Part shown: positions 1-9,790 of the stretch, in pieces | Numbering within the stretch: position 1 is the stretch's first letter | Layout: each line of letters opens with the position of its first letter | Source: Desulfobulbus propionicus DSM 2032 | Lineage (GTDB): Bacteria; Desulfobacterota; Desulfobulbia; Desulfobulbales; Desulfobulbaceae | NCBI RefSeq assembly: GCF_000186885.1 | Contig: NC_014972.1 | Span: 900,001-932,000, forward strand | DNA length: 32,000 bases | Direction of reading: 5' to 3' | Position numbers and translations under genes: made by a program | Notes under the pieces: model-generated | What the model was told of the DNA's origin: nothing | Seen by the model: the letters and a program-made list of their open reading frames with translations, nothing else | The model's database searches: none

Positions 1-359
1 AGGGCATGATCCTGAACCTGGCCCTGAGTTATGGCGGCCGCAGCGAAATTGTCGGGGCGGCGAGGGAGCTAGCCCGACAATGCCAGCAAGGGCGATTGGA
101 TTGGCAGGACATCTCCGAGAGTACTCTCGGCGAGTATCTGTTCACCGCTGGTCAATCCGATCCCGATTTGCTGATTCGTACCGGGGGTGAACATCGCCTG
201 TCCAATTTCCTTCTTTGGCAGGCCTCCTACGCGGAACTGTATTTTACCGAGGTCAAGTGGCCTGATTTCAGGAAGGAACAATTCTTGGAAGCCATCCAAA
301 CATTTCAGCACCGACAGCGACGTTTTGGCAAAACCGGTGCACAACTGCAGGCAGAGTAG
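1..359 (+). CDS. uppS: Undecaprenyl diphosphate synthase (isoprenyl transferase), C-terminal part; 5' end outside window
   Basis: Translation contains LNLALSYGGRSEIVGAARELA and DPDLLIRTGGEHRLSNFLLWQASYAELYFTEVKWPDF, the conserved C-terminal motifs of UPP synthase; frame is open at the window edge. Confidence 0.95.
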   Translation, partial: GMILNLALSYGGRSEIVGAARELARQCQQGRLDWQDISESTLGEYLFTAGQSDPDLLIRTGGEHRLSNFLLWQASYAELYFTEVKWPDFRKEQFLEAIQTFQHRQRRFGKTGAQLQAE

Positions 360-365
360 GCCGCG

Positions 366-1160
366 ATGAATCGTGTGATCCCAGGGGTGCTCATGGCCGT
401 CGGCTGGGTGCTTCTGCTTTTTTGGGGCTCGGCTGCATTGTTTTGGGGGGTAGGGGTCTGCGGAGCCGGTATCGCCCTCCACGAGTATTTTCGCATGACC
501 TGTCCCACCTTGACAGGTCCCCGTCTTGCGACAACGCTGTTGCTTTCCCTGTTGCCGGTTCTTGCCGCGCTGTCCGGTTCGGGCGAGGCTGTCTTGGCCG
601 CTCTGGTGGCCAGCCTCATGGCGATCGTCGCGATGGCTCTTCACGGATATACCGTTATTCCGGATGTGTTTCGTTACCTCTGTGTCAGCGGTTTTGCCAG
701 TCTTTATATCGCGGTCTGTCTGGCCCATGTGGTGCTCATTCGCTTTCTGCCCCAGGGGCCCTTCTGGTTGATCTTGCTGATCGCCATTGTCGCCGGTTCT
801 GATACCGGTGCCTATTACGCCGGCAAGACATTTGGCAAACGCAAACTTTTCCCGCAAATTAGCCCGAAGAAGACCATAGCCGGTGGCGTGGGCGGTCTTG
901 TTTTCGGTATTGCCGCCGCCGAGGGCATCAACCTGCTGTTTCCCGAGAAAACCGACCCCCTCCTGCTTCTCCCAGTGGCCGCCCTGCTCATCGTGGTGGG
1001 CATTGTCGGTGATCTGACCGAATCGATGATTAAACGCTCGGTGGGCGTCAAGGATTCGGGCACCATTCTTCTTGGTCACGGCGGATTGCTCGATCGCATT
1101 GACAGCTTGTTGCTTACCGGGCCCGTGCTTTACTACTTGCTCCGCTTGGGCGTGCTTTGA
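366..1160 (+). CDS. cdsA: Phosphatidate cytidylyltransferase
   Basis: 264 aa, multiple hydrophobic helices, C-terminal signature [35 protein letters not shown]; located between uppS and dxr. Confidence 0.95.
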   Translation: MNRVIPGVLMAVGWVLLLFWGSAALFWGVGVCGAGIALHEYFRMTCPTLTGPRLATTLLLSLLPVLAALSGSGEAVLAALVASLMAIVAMALHGYTVIPDVFRYLCVSGFASLYIAVCLAHVVLIRFLPQGPFWLILLIAIVAGSDTGAYYAGKTFGKRKLFPQISPKKTIAGGVGGLVFGIAAAEGINLLFPEKTDPLLLLPVAALLIVVGIVGDLTESMIKRSVGVKDSGTILLGHGGLLDRIDSLLLTGPVLYYLLRLGVL

Positions 1161-2314
1161 TGAAGGCGTTATCCTTGCTGGGATCGACCGGGTCCATCGG
1201 CACCAATGTGCTGGCGGTGGTGCGACAGTTTCCCGAACAGTTCCGGATTGTAGGCCTTGCGGCCGGCCGCAATGTCGCCCTGTTGGCCGAGCAGGTGCTG
1301 GAGTTTCAGCCGGAATGCATTTCGGTGGCTGAGCCAGCGTTAGTCTCCCCTCTTGCACAACGGCTGCCCCCGTCCTATCATTCCCGTATCGTTTGCGGGA
1401 CCGAGGGCAACTGCGCGGTGGCCTCGCTAGCCTCTGCTCACATGGTGGTTTCTGCCGTGGTTGGTGCGATTGGCCTGCTGCCAGCCTTGACCGCCATTCG
1501 GGCTGGCAAGGATGTGGGCCTGGCCAACAAGGAAACCTTGGTCATGGCTGGTCGACTGGTGATGCGGTCTGCACAGCAGCATAAGGTTCAGTTGCTGCCC
1601 ATTGATTCCGAACACAGCGCCATCTTTCAAGCCTTGGAGGCTGGACGCAAACAGGACGTGGCCCGGATTATTCTCACCGCCTCCGGTGGTCCGTTTCGGA
1701 CCTGGAGCAAGGACGATCTGGCAACCGCTGCCCCCGCGCAGGCTCTTGCCCACCCCAATTGGAGTATGGGGCGCAAGATCTCCATCGATTCCGCAACGTT
1801 GATGAACAAGGGGCTTGAAGTAATCGAGGCCCGCTGGCTTTTTGACGTCGAACCTGAGCAAATCGAGGTAGTGGTGCATCCGCAATCGATTGTTCATTCA
1901 CTGGTGGAATATCAGGACGGTTCGGTGGTTGCCCAGTTAGGGATCCCGGATATGCGGATCCCCATCGCCTATGCGCTGTCCTATCCCAAGCGGCTTGAAT
2001 TGGGCCTTTCACGGCTTGATCTGGCGCAGTGCGGTGGGCTTGCCTTTGAACAACCCGATCATGAACGATTTCCGGCCCTGCGCATGGCCTATGACGCCTT
2101 GGCAATGGGCGGCGTTAAACCGGCTGTTCTTAATGCCGCCAACGAGGTTGCCGTCGAGGCCTTCCTCAACGGCCGGATTGGTTTCACCCGCATCGCCGAA
2201 GTGGTTGACAGGGCTTTGCAGGAGACCGCCCAAGGGGATGAACTGGACCTGGACGCCATTCTCGCGGCTGACCAGGCAGCCCGTGCCATGGTCACCCGTG
2301 CGCTCCAGGCCTGA
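1160..2314 (+). CDS. dxr: 1-deoxy-D-xylulose-5-phosphate reductoisomerase
   Basis: N-terminal NADPH-binding [18 protein letters not shown], central [25 protein letters not shown] and [15 protein letters not shown] motifs; ATG at 1160 overlaps the cdsA stop. Confidence 0.97.
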   Translation: MKALSLLGSTGSIGTNVLAVVRQFPEQFRIVGLAAGRNVALLAEQVLEFQPECISVAEPALVSPLAQRLPPSYHSRIVCGTEGNCAVASLASAHMVVSAVVGAIGLLPALTAIRAGKDVGLANKETLVMAGRLVMRSAQQHKVQLLPIDSEHSAIFQALEAGRKQDVARIILTASGGPFRTWSKDDLATAAPAQALAHPNWSMGRKISIDSATLMNKGLEVIEARWLFDVEPEQIEVVVHPQSIVHSLVEYQDGSVVAQLGIPDMRIPIAYALSYPKRLELGLSRLDLAQCGGLAFEQPDHERFPALRMAYDALAMGGVKPAVLNAANEVAVEAFLNGRIGFTRIAEVVDRALQETAQGDELDLDAILAADQAARAMVTRALQA

Positions 2315-2381
2315 ACTCATCCGCGATTGTCGACCGCAACCCTCTCGTTTTTTCTGTTAGTGACTATTCCGTAGGTTGTTC

Positions 2382-3467
2382 ATGAATTCCGTTCTGTCAT
2401 TCATTCTCGTTCTTGGCGTACTCATTTTTGTGCACGAACTCGGCCATTTCTTGCTGGCAAAGGCCTTTGGCGTCAGGGTCCTTAAATTTTCCCTCGGCTT
2501 TGGCAACAAACTGGTCGGAAAGAAATGGGGGGAGACCGAGTACCTGATCAGCGCCTTTCCCCTTGGCGGGTACGTGAAAATGTACGGAGAGCAGCAGGAG
2601 GAAGAAGTTCTTCCCGAAGACCGACATCGTTCTTTTTCCCATAAACCGGTGTGGCAGCGTTTTGGCATTGTTTTTGGCGGACCGCTGTTCAATCTCCTGT
2701 TTGCCGTGGGATTGTTTTTTCTGCTGTTTGTCGTCGCGGGCATGCCTGAACCGGTGGATTCCACCAAGATCGGTGAAGTCAACCCCGAATCGGCCGCCGC
2801 GCAGGCAGGGCTGAAGGCCGGCGATGCGGTGTTGTCCATCAACGGTAAGCCGACGACCTCCTGGGAGCATGTCTCAGAGGCTATCAGGGACAGCCAGGGC
2901 AACGAGGTGACCCTGGTGGTGCTCCGTGAGGGACAGGAATTGACCATAGGCGCCAAACCCACCATCCGCGAGGTGAAGAACCTGTTCGGCGAGACCACAG
3001 GCGAGCGGTACATGCTTGGAATCGTTCGCAGCGAGGAAATCCGTTACGTGGATGCGTCGATCGCAGAGTCGGCCAAAGCCGCTGTGGTGCAAACCTGGAA
3101 TCTCGGCTATCTGACAGTGATGGGCATTGTCAAGATGATCCAGCGGGTGATCCCGGCCAGTGAATTGGGGGGGCCGATCCGCATCGCCGAACTGGCCGGC
3201 CAGCAGTTGGAGGCCGGATGGATGAACCTGTTGTATTTCATGGGCCTGCTGAGCGTCAACTTGGGTATTCTCAACCTGCTGCCCATTCCGGTACTCGATG
3301 GCGGCCATCTGGTGTTTCTTTCCCTGGAAGCGGTTCGCCGCCGGCCCTTGAGCGAGCGAACCATGGAAATCAGCCAGCGGGTCGGCATCGCCATCCTCGG
3401 GACGCTGATGATTTTTGTCTTCTACAATGATATTCTCCGGCTGGTCAAACGATGGCTGATGTCCTGA
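2382..3467 (+). CDS. rseP: RIP site-2 protease (RseP family), single PDZ domain
   Basis: HELGH zinc motif in the first TM (FVHELGHFLLAKAFGVRV), one PDZ region, C-terminal NLGILNLLPIPVLDGGHL; ATG at 2382 preferred over TTG at 2376. Confidence 0.95.
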   Translation: MNSVLSFILVLGVLIFVHELGHFLLAKAFGVRVLKFSLGFGNKLVGKKWGETEYLISAFPLGGYVKMYGEQQEEEVLPEDRHRSFSHKPVWQRFGIVFGGPLFNLLFAVGLFFLLFVVAGMPEPVDSTKIGEVNPESAAAQAGLKAGDAVLSINGKPTTSWEHVSEAIRDSQGNEVTLVVLREGQELTIGAKPTIREVKNLFGETTGERYMLGIVRSEEIRYVDASIAESAKAAVVQTWNLGYLTVMGIVKMIQRVIPASELGGPIRIAELAGQQLEAGWMNLLYFMGLLSVNLGILNLLPIPVLDGGHLVFLSLEAVRRRPLSERTMEISQRVGIAILGTLMIFVFYNDILRLVKRWLMS

Positions 3468-4156
3468 TCCTGGCGATCGAGACCGCAACCGGATGCGGCG
3501 GAGTCGCCTTGACCAAGGGAGACAGGGCAAACGGCAAGGTCTTGGCCGAATACACCCTCCAACCCGAGCAGACCCACTCCCGCCGCCTGCTGGGGTCCGT
3601 GGCGACGATGATGGCGGCGGTTGGCGTCGGGTGGGCCGAGCTTGACGCCGTGGCCGTCAGTTTGGGCCCGGGATCCTTTACCGGTCTTCGGATCGGCTTG
3701 GCGGCAGCCAAGGGGATCGCCATGGCTGCCCGGCGGCCTCTACTCGGCGTGCCGACCCTCGATGGACTGGCCGCGCAGGTGGCAGCCAGCGAATTGCCGC
3801 TCTGCTGTCTCCTGGATGCGCGAAAGCAGCAGGTGTATGCCGCCTTTTACCGTGTCGACGGACAGTCGCAATACCTGCGGACCAGCGAATTTCTCGTCCT
3901 GTCGGCCGAGCAATTGGTCGCCTCCATCCAAGAGCCGACCCTGGTGGTTGGCCCGGGGGTCAGAGCCTGCCAGCCGCAGCTTGCCAGCCATCCCCAGGCA
4001 CGGCTGGTCGCCACCGCCATGTTGCATCCACGGGCCGCCGTCGTCGGCCTGTGCGCGGCCTCCATGTTGATCCAAGGGCAGGCGGACGTGGACGCGGACA
4101 ACCTCGTGCCCCTCTATGTACGCGCCTCCGAGGCCGAATTGAGCCTACGGCATTAA
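3452..4156 (+). CDS. tsaB: tRNA threonylcarbamoyladenosine biosynthesis protein TsaB
   Basis: LAIETATGCGGVAL, HSRRLL, SLGPGSFTGLRIGLAAAKGIA, LLDARKQQVYAAFY motifs; start overlaps the rseP 3' end by 16 nt. Confidence 0.9.
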   Translation: MADVLILAIETATGCGGVALTKGDRANGKVLAEYTLQPEQTHSRRLLGSVATMMAAVGVGWAELDAVAVSLGPGSFTGLRIGLAAAKGIAMAARRPLLGVPTLDGLAAQVAASELPLCCLLDARKQQVYAAFYRVDGQSQYLRTSEFLVLSAEQLVASIQEPTLVVGPGVRACQPQLASHPQARLVATAMLHPRAAVVGLCAASMLIQGQADVDADNLVPLYVRASEAELSLRH

Positions 4157-4174
4157 AATCAGAGAGAGACAGCG

Positions 4175-5260
4175 ATGATTGAACGCAAGACAACGCGCCA
4201 GATTCATGTCGGGCCGGTGGCCATTGGTGGCGGGGCGCCCATTGCGGTGCAGTCAATGACCAACACCCTGACCAGCGAGGTCGAGGCCACCGTGGCCCAG
4301 ATTCGACGACTGGAGCAGGCCGGATGCGAGATTATCCGGGTGGCGGTTCCGGATCAAGCGGCGGCCGAGTCCATCACCGCCATCCGTGAGCAGATCACCA
4401 TCCCCCTGATTGCCGACATCCATTTCGATTCCCGTTTGGCGGTGGCTGCCATGGAGCATGGCGCCCAGGGCGTCCGCATCAATCCCGGCAATCTGGGTGG
4501 ACCGGACAAACTGGCGCGGGTGGTGGCCGCGGCCACGATGCACCGGGTACCCATCCGGGTCGGGGTCAATTCCGGCTCCATCGAGAAGGATCTGCTCAAG
4601 CAATTTGGTTACCCCACCCCGGAGCGCCCTGATGCGCTCATCGAAAGCGCGCTGGGCAATGTCCGTCTGCTGGAAGAGCAGGGATTTTTCGACATCAAGA
4701 TTTCGATTAAATCCTCGGACACCCTGACGACCATCGCCGGGTACCGCCAGTTGGCGCAGCGGACCGAGTATCCGCTCCACCTTGGGGTTACCGAGGCGGG
4801 GGGGCTGATCGCCGGTACGGTCAAATCGAGCGTAGCCCTGGGCATTCTGCTGTCCGAGGGGATCGGCGACACCTTTCGCATTTCCCTGACCCGCGACCCG
4901 GTGGAAGAGATTCGGGTCGGCTATGAACTGCTGCGCTCCTTGCGCATCCGCGAGCGCGGTCCCGAGCTGATCTCCTGCCCGACCTGCGGCCGCACCCGCA
5001 TCGATCTCTTTACCCTGGCCGAGCAGGTGGAGCAGCGGCTGCAGACCATGGAGAGCAACCTCAAGGTGGCGGTCATGGGCTGCGTGGTCAATGGTCCGGG
5101 CGAGGCGCGCGAGGCCGACATCGGCATTGCCGGCGGTCATGGGGTCGGCATTGTCTTTAAAAAAGGCGAAATTTATAAAAAGGTTCCGGAGGCGGATCTG
5201 CTGCCGGTCTTTCTTGAGGAACTGGAACGACTGGAAGCGGAGCGCAAAACCAAGGCGTGA
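4175..5260 (+). CDS. ispG: 4-hydroxy-3-methylbut-2-en-1-yl diphosphate synthase (flavodoxin), IspG/GcpE
   Basis: VGGGAPIAVQSMTNTLTSEVEATVAQI, ADIHFD, RINPGNLG, Fe-S cysteines in SCPTCGRTRIDL and VAVMGCVVNGPGEAREADIGIAGG. Confidence 0.97.
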   Translation: MIERKTTRQIHVGPVAIGGGAPIAVQSMTNTLTSEVEATVAQIRRLEQAGCEIIRVAVPDQAAAESITAIREQITIPLIADIHFDSRLAVAAMEHGAQGVRINPGNLGGPDKLARVVAAATMHRVPIRVGVNSGSIEKDLLKQFGYPTPERPDALIESALGNVRLLEEQGFFDIKISIKSSDTLTTIAGYRQLAQRTEYPLHLGVTEAGGLIAGTVKSSVALGILLSEGIGDTFRISLTRDPVEEIRVGYELLRSLRIRERGPELISCPTCGRTRIDLFTLAEQVEQRLQTMESNLKVAVMGCVVNGPGEAREADIGIAGGHGVGIVFKKGEIYKKVPEADLLPVFLEELERLEAERKTKA

Positions 5261-5323
5261 CCGAGACGCCGCCAACCGAACCGTCAACCTTATCCCTGAT
5301 TTCTATTCGAACGGAGATTCGAG

Positions 5324-7036
5324 ATGCGTTATTCACAGATGCTGTTGCCCACCACCAAGGAAACCCCGTCGGAGGCGGAGGTCGTCAGCCATCAGCTGTT
5401 GGTGCGGGGCGGATTCATTCGCAAACTGACTTCGGGCATGTACACCTACTTGCCCATGGGATTTCTCGCCCTGCAGAAGGTGACCGAGATCGTCCGCCAG
5501 GAGATGAACCGCGCCGGCGCCCAGGAGATTCTCATGCCCATGGTGCAGCCGGGCGATCTGTGGGAGGAGTCGGGGCGGTGGAAGAAGTATGGTCCGGAAC
5601 TGCTCCGCTTCCGTGATCGTCATGACCGCGATTACTGCCTCGGGCCGACCCACGAGGAGGTGGTGACCGATGTCGCCCGTCGCGAACTGCAATCCTACCG
5701 GCAGTTGCCGATCAATCTCTACCAGATCCAGACCAAGTTCCGCGACGAAATCCGGCCGCGTTTCGGCCTGATGCGCGGCCGCGAGTTCGTGATGAAGGAT
5801 GCCTATTCCTTTGACGTCGACGATGCCGGCGCCAGTCGCAGCTACGAGATCATGCGCCAGGCCTACCATCGCATCTTCGAGCGCTGCGGTCTGGAATTTC
5901 GCGCGGTCGAAGCCGACAGCGGCGCCATCGGCGGCTCCTTTTCCCATGAATTCATGGTGTTGGCCGAAACCGGCGAGGATACCCTGGTGATTTGCGAGTC
6001 CTGCAGTTATGCCGCCAATGTCGAGAAGGCAGCCATTGCCCTTGCCGAGGCCGCTCCTTCGATGGAAGTTCTGCGGGAGCTGGTCAAGGTCGAAACTCCC
6101 GGGATGAAGAAGGTCGACAAGGTGGCCGAGTTTCTCAAGGTGGAGCCGGCTGCGGTGATCAAGACCCTGTTCTACCTGGCCGACGGTGTGGTGGTGGCGG
6201 CCCTGGTGCGGGGCGATCGCGAGGTGCAGTCGGTCAAACTGAAGAACCTGCTGGGCGCCACCGATGTCGAGCCCCTGGACGAGGAGCAGATCTGGCAGCA
6301 GACCCGTCTGCCCGTGGGCTATCTCGGGCCGGTGGGCCTGGAGCTGAAGATGGTGGCCGACCAGGAGGTGATGCGCATGGTCAACGCCGTGGCCGGGGCC
6401 AACGAGAAGGGCTGCCATCTCACCGGCGTCAATCCGGGCCGCGATTTTACCCCCGATGTGGTCGGCGACCTGCGACAAATCACGGTGAATGACCGCTGCC
6501 CCGTCTGCGGCGGCGGCTTGCGGCTCAAGGAGGGTATCGAGGTCGGCCATATCTTCAAGCTCGGCACCAAATATTCCGAGGCCATGAAAGCCAACTTCCA
6601 GGACAGTGACGGCCAGGAAAAACCCTTTGTCATGGGTTGCTACGGTATCGGCGTCAGCCGGGTGGTGGCCGCGGCCATCGAGCAGAACCACGATGCCAAG
6701 GGTATCATCTTTCCGGTGCCGCTGGCCCCCTTCCAGGTGATTGTCCTCAACCTCGGCCCCAAGGATGAAGGCTACTGCACGGCGGCTGAAGACCTGTACA
6801 CTCAACTCCGGGCCCAGGGGTTGGACGTGCTTCTCGACGACCGTGACGAGCGGCCGGGGTCCAAATTTGCCGATGCCGATCTGCTCGGCATTCCCTACCG
6901 GCTTACCGTGGGCAAGACCTTCGAGAAGGAAGGCAAGGTGGAGATCCGTTCCCGCAAGACCGGGGAAACGCAGGTCCTCTCCCTGGAGGAGGCGACGGCA
7001 TATCTCGCCGAACGCGTTCACCTGGCTCTTTCCTGA
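5324..7036 (+). CDS. proS: Prolyl-tRNA synthetase, bacterial type with YbaK-like insertion domain
   Basis: MRYSQMLLPTTKETPSEAEVVSHQLLVRGGFIRKLTSGMYTYLPMG, GPTHEEVVTDVARRELQSYRQLPINLYQIQTKFRDEIRPRFGLMRGREFVMKDAYSF, class II aaRS motif 3 GCYGIGVSRVVAAAIEQ. Confidence 0.97.
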   Translation: MRYSQMLLPTTKETPSEAEVVSHQLLVRGGFIRKLTSGMYTYLPMGFLALQKVTEIVRQEMNRAGAQEILMPMVQPGDLWEESGRWKKYGPELLRFRDRHDRDYCLGPTHEEVVTDVARRELQSYRQLPINLYQIQTKFRDEIRPRFGLMRGREFVMKDAYSFDVDDAGASRSYEIMRQAYHRIFERCGLEFRAVEADSGAIGGSFSHEFMVLAETGEDTLVICESCSYAANVEKAAIALAEAAPSMEVLRELVKVETPGMKKVDKVAEFLKVEPAAVIKTLFYLADGVVVAALVRGDREVQSVKLKNLLGATDVEPLDEEQIWQQTRLPVGYLGPVGLELKMVADQEVMRMVNAVAGANEKGCHLTGVNPGRDFTPDVVGDLRQITVNDRCPVCGGGLRLKEGIEVGHIFKLGTKYSEAMKANFQDSDGQEKPFVMGCYGIGVSRVVAAAIEQNHDAKGIIFPVPLAPFQVIVLNLGPKDEGYCTAAEDLYTQLRAQGLDVLLDDRDERPGSKFADADLLGIPYRLTVGKTFEKEGKVEIRSRKTGETQVLSLEEATAYLAERVHLALS

Positions 7037-7075
7037 TTCCGGAGCTCGCCTCCATCGACTGGAAACCGCGTAACC

Positions 7076-9241
7076 ATGCCGAACATTCAACCGCTTCTCT
7101 CCCTGGCTTCCGGGTATTTGCACGGGGTCGACCTGACGCCGCTTGCCAAGGCCTACGAGTTCGTCTGCGAACGCCACGCCGGCCAGTATTACGATACCGG
7201 CGAACCCTATGTCGATCATCTCCTGGCCGTGGCTTCGAGCCTGGCCTCGATGAAGCTCGACCTGGACACCATTGTCGCCGGTCTGCTCCACGGCACGCTC
7301 AAGGAGCAGGTGGCCACCCATGAGGAACTGAAAAAAAAGTTCGGCAACGATGTCGCCAATATCGTCGATGGCGCCACCCGCATCACCAACGTCCGCTACA
7401 ACTCGCAGCTGGCCCACGAGGCGGAGAACATTCGCAAGCTGCTCCTGGCCATGGGCGCGGATATCCGCGTGCTTCTGGTCAAACTGGCTGACCGTCTGCA
7501 GGACATGCTCAACCTCGATGCGGTCAGGGAGGAAGAAAGGCGGGCCAAGTCACGGGAGACCATGGACCTCTATGCGCCGCTGGCCAGTCGTATCGGTATC
7601 GAATGGCTGAAGCGCGAGCTGGAGGATCTGGCCTTCAAGTATCTGCTGCCGGTGGAATATGCTGACCTGACCGCCCACCTGGAGAGCACCCTGGCCGAGC
7701 GTCAGGCCTACGTGGACGAGGTTATCGAGATCCTGCACGAAAAGCTGCGGGCCAACAAGATCGTGCCGGTGCGGATCATCGGCCGGCCCAAGCACATCTA
7801 CTCGATCTACAAGAAGCTGGTGGCCCAACGCATTCCCCTGGAGCGGGTCTACGACAAGGTGGCCTTCCGCATCATCGTCCGCACGGTCAAGGAGTGCTAC
7901 CAGGCCCTGGGCACGGTGCATGCCGACTGGACGCCGGTGCCCGGACGGATCAAGGACTGGATCAGCGCGCCCAAGTCCAACAACTATCAGTCGTTGCACA
8001 CCACAGTCGCCGGACCGCACGGCCATTTCATCGAGATTCAGATCCGTACCGAGGAGATGGATCGGGTGGCCCAGGAGGGCGTGGCCGCCCATTGGGCCTA
8101 CAAGGAGGGGCAGAAGATCACCAGCGGTGATGCCCGGCTGTTCAAGGAGATCAAGAGGCTGGTGCAGTCGCTGCAGGAGGTCGAGGACCCGGGCGAATTC
8201 ATGGAATCGTTGCGCGGCGAACTGTTCGAACCCGATGTCTTCGCCCTGACTCCCACCGGCGAGGTGCGCGAACTGCCCCGAGGGAGTACGCCGATCGATT
8301 TCGCCTATTCGATTCATTCGGCGGTCGGCGACACCTGTGTCGGCGCCAAGGTCAACGGTCAGATCGTCCAGCTCAAGCATGAACTGCAGAGCGGCGACAT
8401 CGTCGAGATCCTCACCCAGAAGAACCAGCACCCCCGCCGTGCCTGGTTGCAGCTGGTCAAGACCAGCCGGGCCCGCACCCGCATCCGCCAGTACCTGCGA
8501 CGCGAGGAAAAGGAACGCTCGCTCAAGCTCGGCCGGGAGATCTGCGAGCGGGAACTGAAGAAGTACGATGTCAACCTGCGCGGTCTGCTCAAGAGCGGCC
8601 ATTTGCGTCTGCTGCTCAAGCAGCTCAACTGCAGCTCGCTGGAGGACATGCTCGTGCGGGTGGGCAGCGGCTCGATCACCGTGCCCCATCTCATCCGGAC
8701 CCTGCAGCCTGAAGAATTTCGCGAGGCCGAGGAGAAACGGCGGATCGCGGAGATGGTCGAGCGGGCGCAGCGCGCCGCCGAGGAGAGCCGGGCTGGCGCC
8801 ACCCGAAGCGACATCATCGACATTGACGGCGTCGACAACATGCTGGTCAAGATCAGTCAATGTTGCCGGCCGGTCCCCGGCGATCCGATCATCGGTTTCA
8901 TCACCACCGGTTCCGGCATCTCGGTGCACAAGGCCGACTGCCACAACCTGCAGGCCACCGATCCCACCCGCTGGCTGGAGGTTTCCTGGGCCGGTTCGCC
9001 GCAGAGCACCCACCGGGCCGGACTGCTGATCCGGGCCGAGAATCGCAAGAATCTGCTGGCCGATATCAGTGGCACCATCAGCGCCGACGATGCCGATATC
9101 GTCGAGCTGAACGCCCGTACCACGGTGGAAAACATCGCCGAATTGGAGGTGCTGCTTGAAGTGGTCAATCTCAAACACCTGCAGCTCCTGCAGCAACACC
9201 TGCTGCAGATGCCGGAGGTGATCGAGGTCCGGCGGAGATAG
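7076..9241 (+). CDS. Long RelA/SpoT-homolog (p)ppGpp synthetase; HD hydrolase motifs look degenerate
   Basis: Synthetase motifs GRPKHIYSIYKK, YDKVAFRIIV, GRIKDWISAPKSNNYQSLHTTV, EIQIRTEEM; TGS region DVFALTPTGEVRELPRGSTPIDFAYSIHSAVG; C-terminal CCRPVPGDPIIGFITTGSGISVHKADCHN and ACT region. Confidence 0.96.
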   Translation: MPNIQPLLSLASGYLHGVDLTPLAKAYEFVCERHAGQYYDTGEPYVDHLLAVASSLASMKLDLDTIVAGLLHGTLKEQVATHEELKKKFGNDVANIVDGATRITNVRYNSQLAHEAENIRKLLLAMGADIRVLLVKLADRLQDMLNLDAVREEERRAKSRETMDLYAPLASRIGIEWLKRELEDLAFKYLLPVEYADLTAHLESTLAERQAYVDEVIEILHEKLRANKIVPVRIIGRPKHIYSIYKKLVAQRIPLERVYDKVAFRIIVRTVKECYQALGTVHADWTPVPGRIKDWISAPKSNNYQSLHTTVAGPHGHFIEIQIRTEEMDRVAQEGVAAHWAYKEGQKITSGDARLFKEIKRLVQSLQEVEDPGEFMESLRGELFEPDVFALTPTGEVRELPRGSTPIDFAYSIHSAVGDTCVGAKVNGQIVQLKHELQSGDIVEILTQKNQHPRRAWLQLVKTSRARTRIRQYLRREEKERSLKLGREICERELKKYDVNLRGLLKSGHLRLLLKQLNCSSLEDMLVRVGSGSITVPHLIRTLQPEEFREAEEKRRIAEMVERAQRAAEESRAGATRSDIIDIDGVDNMLVKISQCCRPVPGDPIIGFITTGSGISVHKADCHNLQATDPTRWLEVSWAGSPQSTHRAGLLIRAENRKNLLADISGTISADDADIVELNARTTVENIAELEVLLEVVNLKHLQLLQQHLLQMPEVIEVRRR

Positions 9242-9272
9242 CAGACGCCGTGTGCGCGGGAAGAGGGGCGTG

Positions 9273-9722
9273 ATGGGAGTGACGCTCTGTTCGGTATGCG
9301 GCAACGAGGTTGCACCTGGGCCGTTGCAGTGCCCGTACTGCCAGGCCGCGTGTGGCGTCAACCTGCCACGCCCTGCCGAGGTGCTGCACCGCCAGGTCAA
9401 TTTGAAACAGGGCATGCCGCTGGTCCAGCAGGCGCTCGATCGCCTGGAAAGTGCAATTCGCCAGAACGCCGCCGAAGGGTGCAAGGTCTTGACCCTGATT
9501 CACGGCTACGGTTCAAGCGGCACCGGCGGGGCGATCAAGACCGCTGTCCAGCACCAGTTGCAGTTCCTGCGGCATCAGGGTCGGATCGAGGCGATTATTC
9601 CCGGGGAACACTTTGAAGGCCGCTCCGGCCGCGGCCGTCAGTTGTTGCGCCGCTTTCCCTTTCTCGCTGCCCACCGTGATCTCAATCGCGCCAACCCCGG
9701 CGTTACCCTGGTCGTACTGTAA
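9273..9722 (+). CDS. Small protein with N-terminal zinc-ribbon-like cysteines and a C-terminal Smr-like domain
   Basis: N-term CSVCGNEVAPGPLQCPYC; Smr-like helices followed by VLTLIHGYGSSGTGGAIKTAVQ and terminal NPGVTLVVL. ATG at 9273 preferred over GTG at 9252. Confidence 0.65.
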   Translation: MGVTLCSVCGNEVAPGPLQCPYCQAACGVNLPRPAEVLHRQVNLKQGMPLVQQALDRLESAIRQNAAEGCKVLTLIHGYGSSGTGGAIKTAVQHQLQFLRHQGRIEAIIPGEHFEGRSGRGRQLLRRFPFLAAHRDLNRANPGVTLVVL

Positions 9723-9779
9723 CCGATAGTCTTACCGTGCCGAGGTGGTCCCGGTGTCATCCAGAGCAATAGATCAACC

Positions 9780-9787
9780 AAGGAGGA
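9780..9787 (+). promoter_or_regulatory. Strong Shine-Dalgarno-like sequence upstream of rph
   Basis: AAGGAGG directly upstream of ATG at 9791. Confidence 0.6.
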
Positions 9788-9790
9788 TGT

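Noticed and set aside
5333-7417. 694-aa minus-strand ORF over proS and rel
   Set aside because: Antisense to well-supported proS and rel; no domain seen.
7550-9484. 644-aa minus-strand ORF over rel
   Set aside because: Antisense shadow of rel with no recognisable domain.
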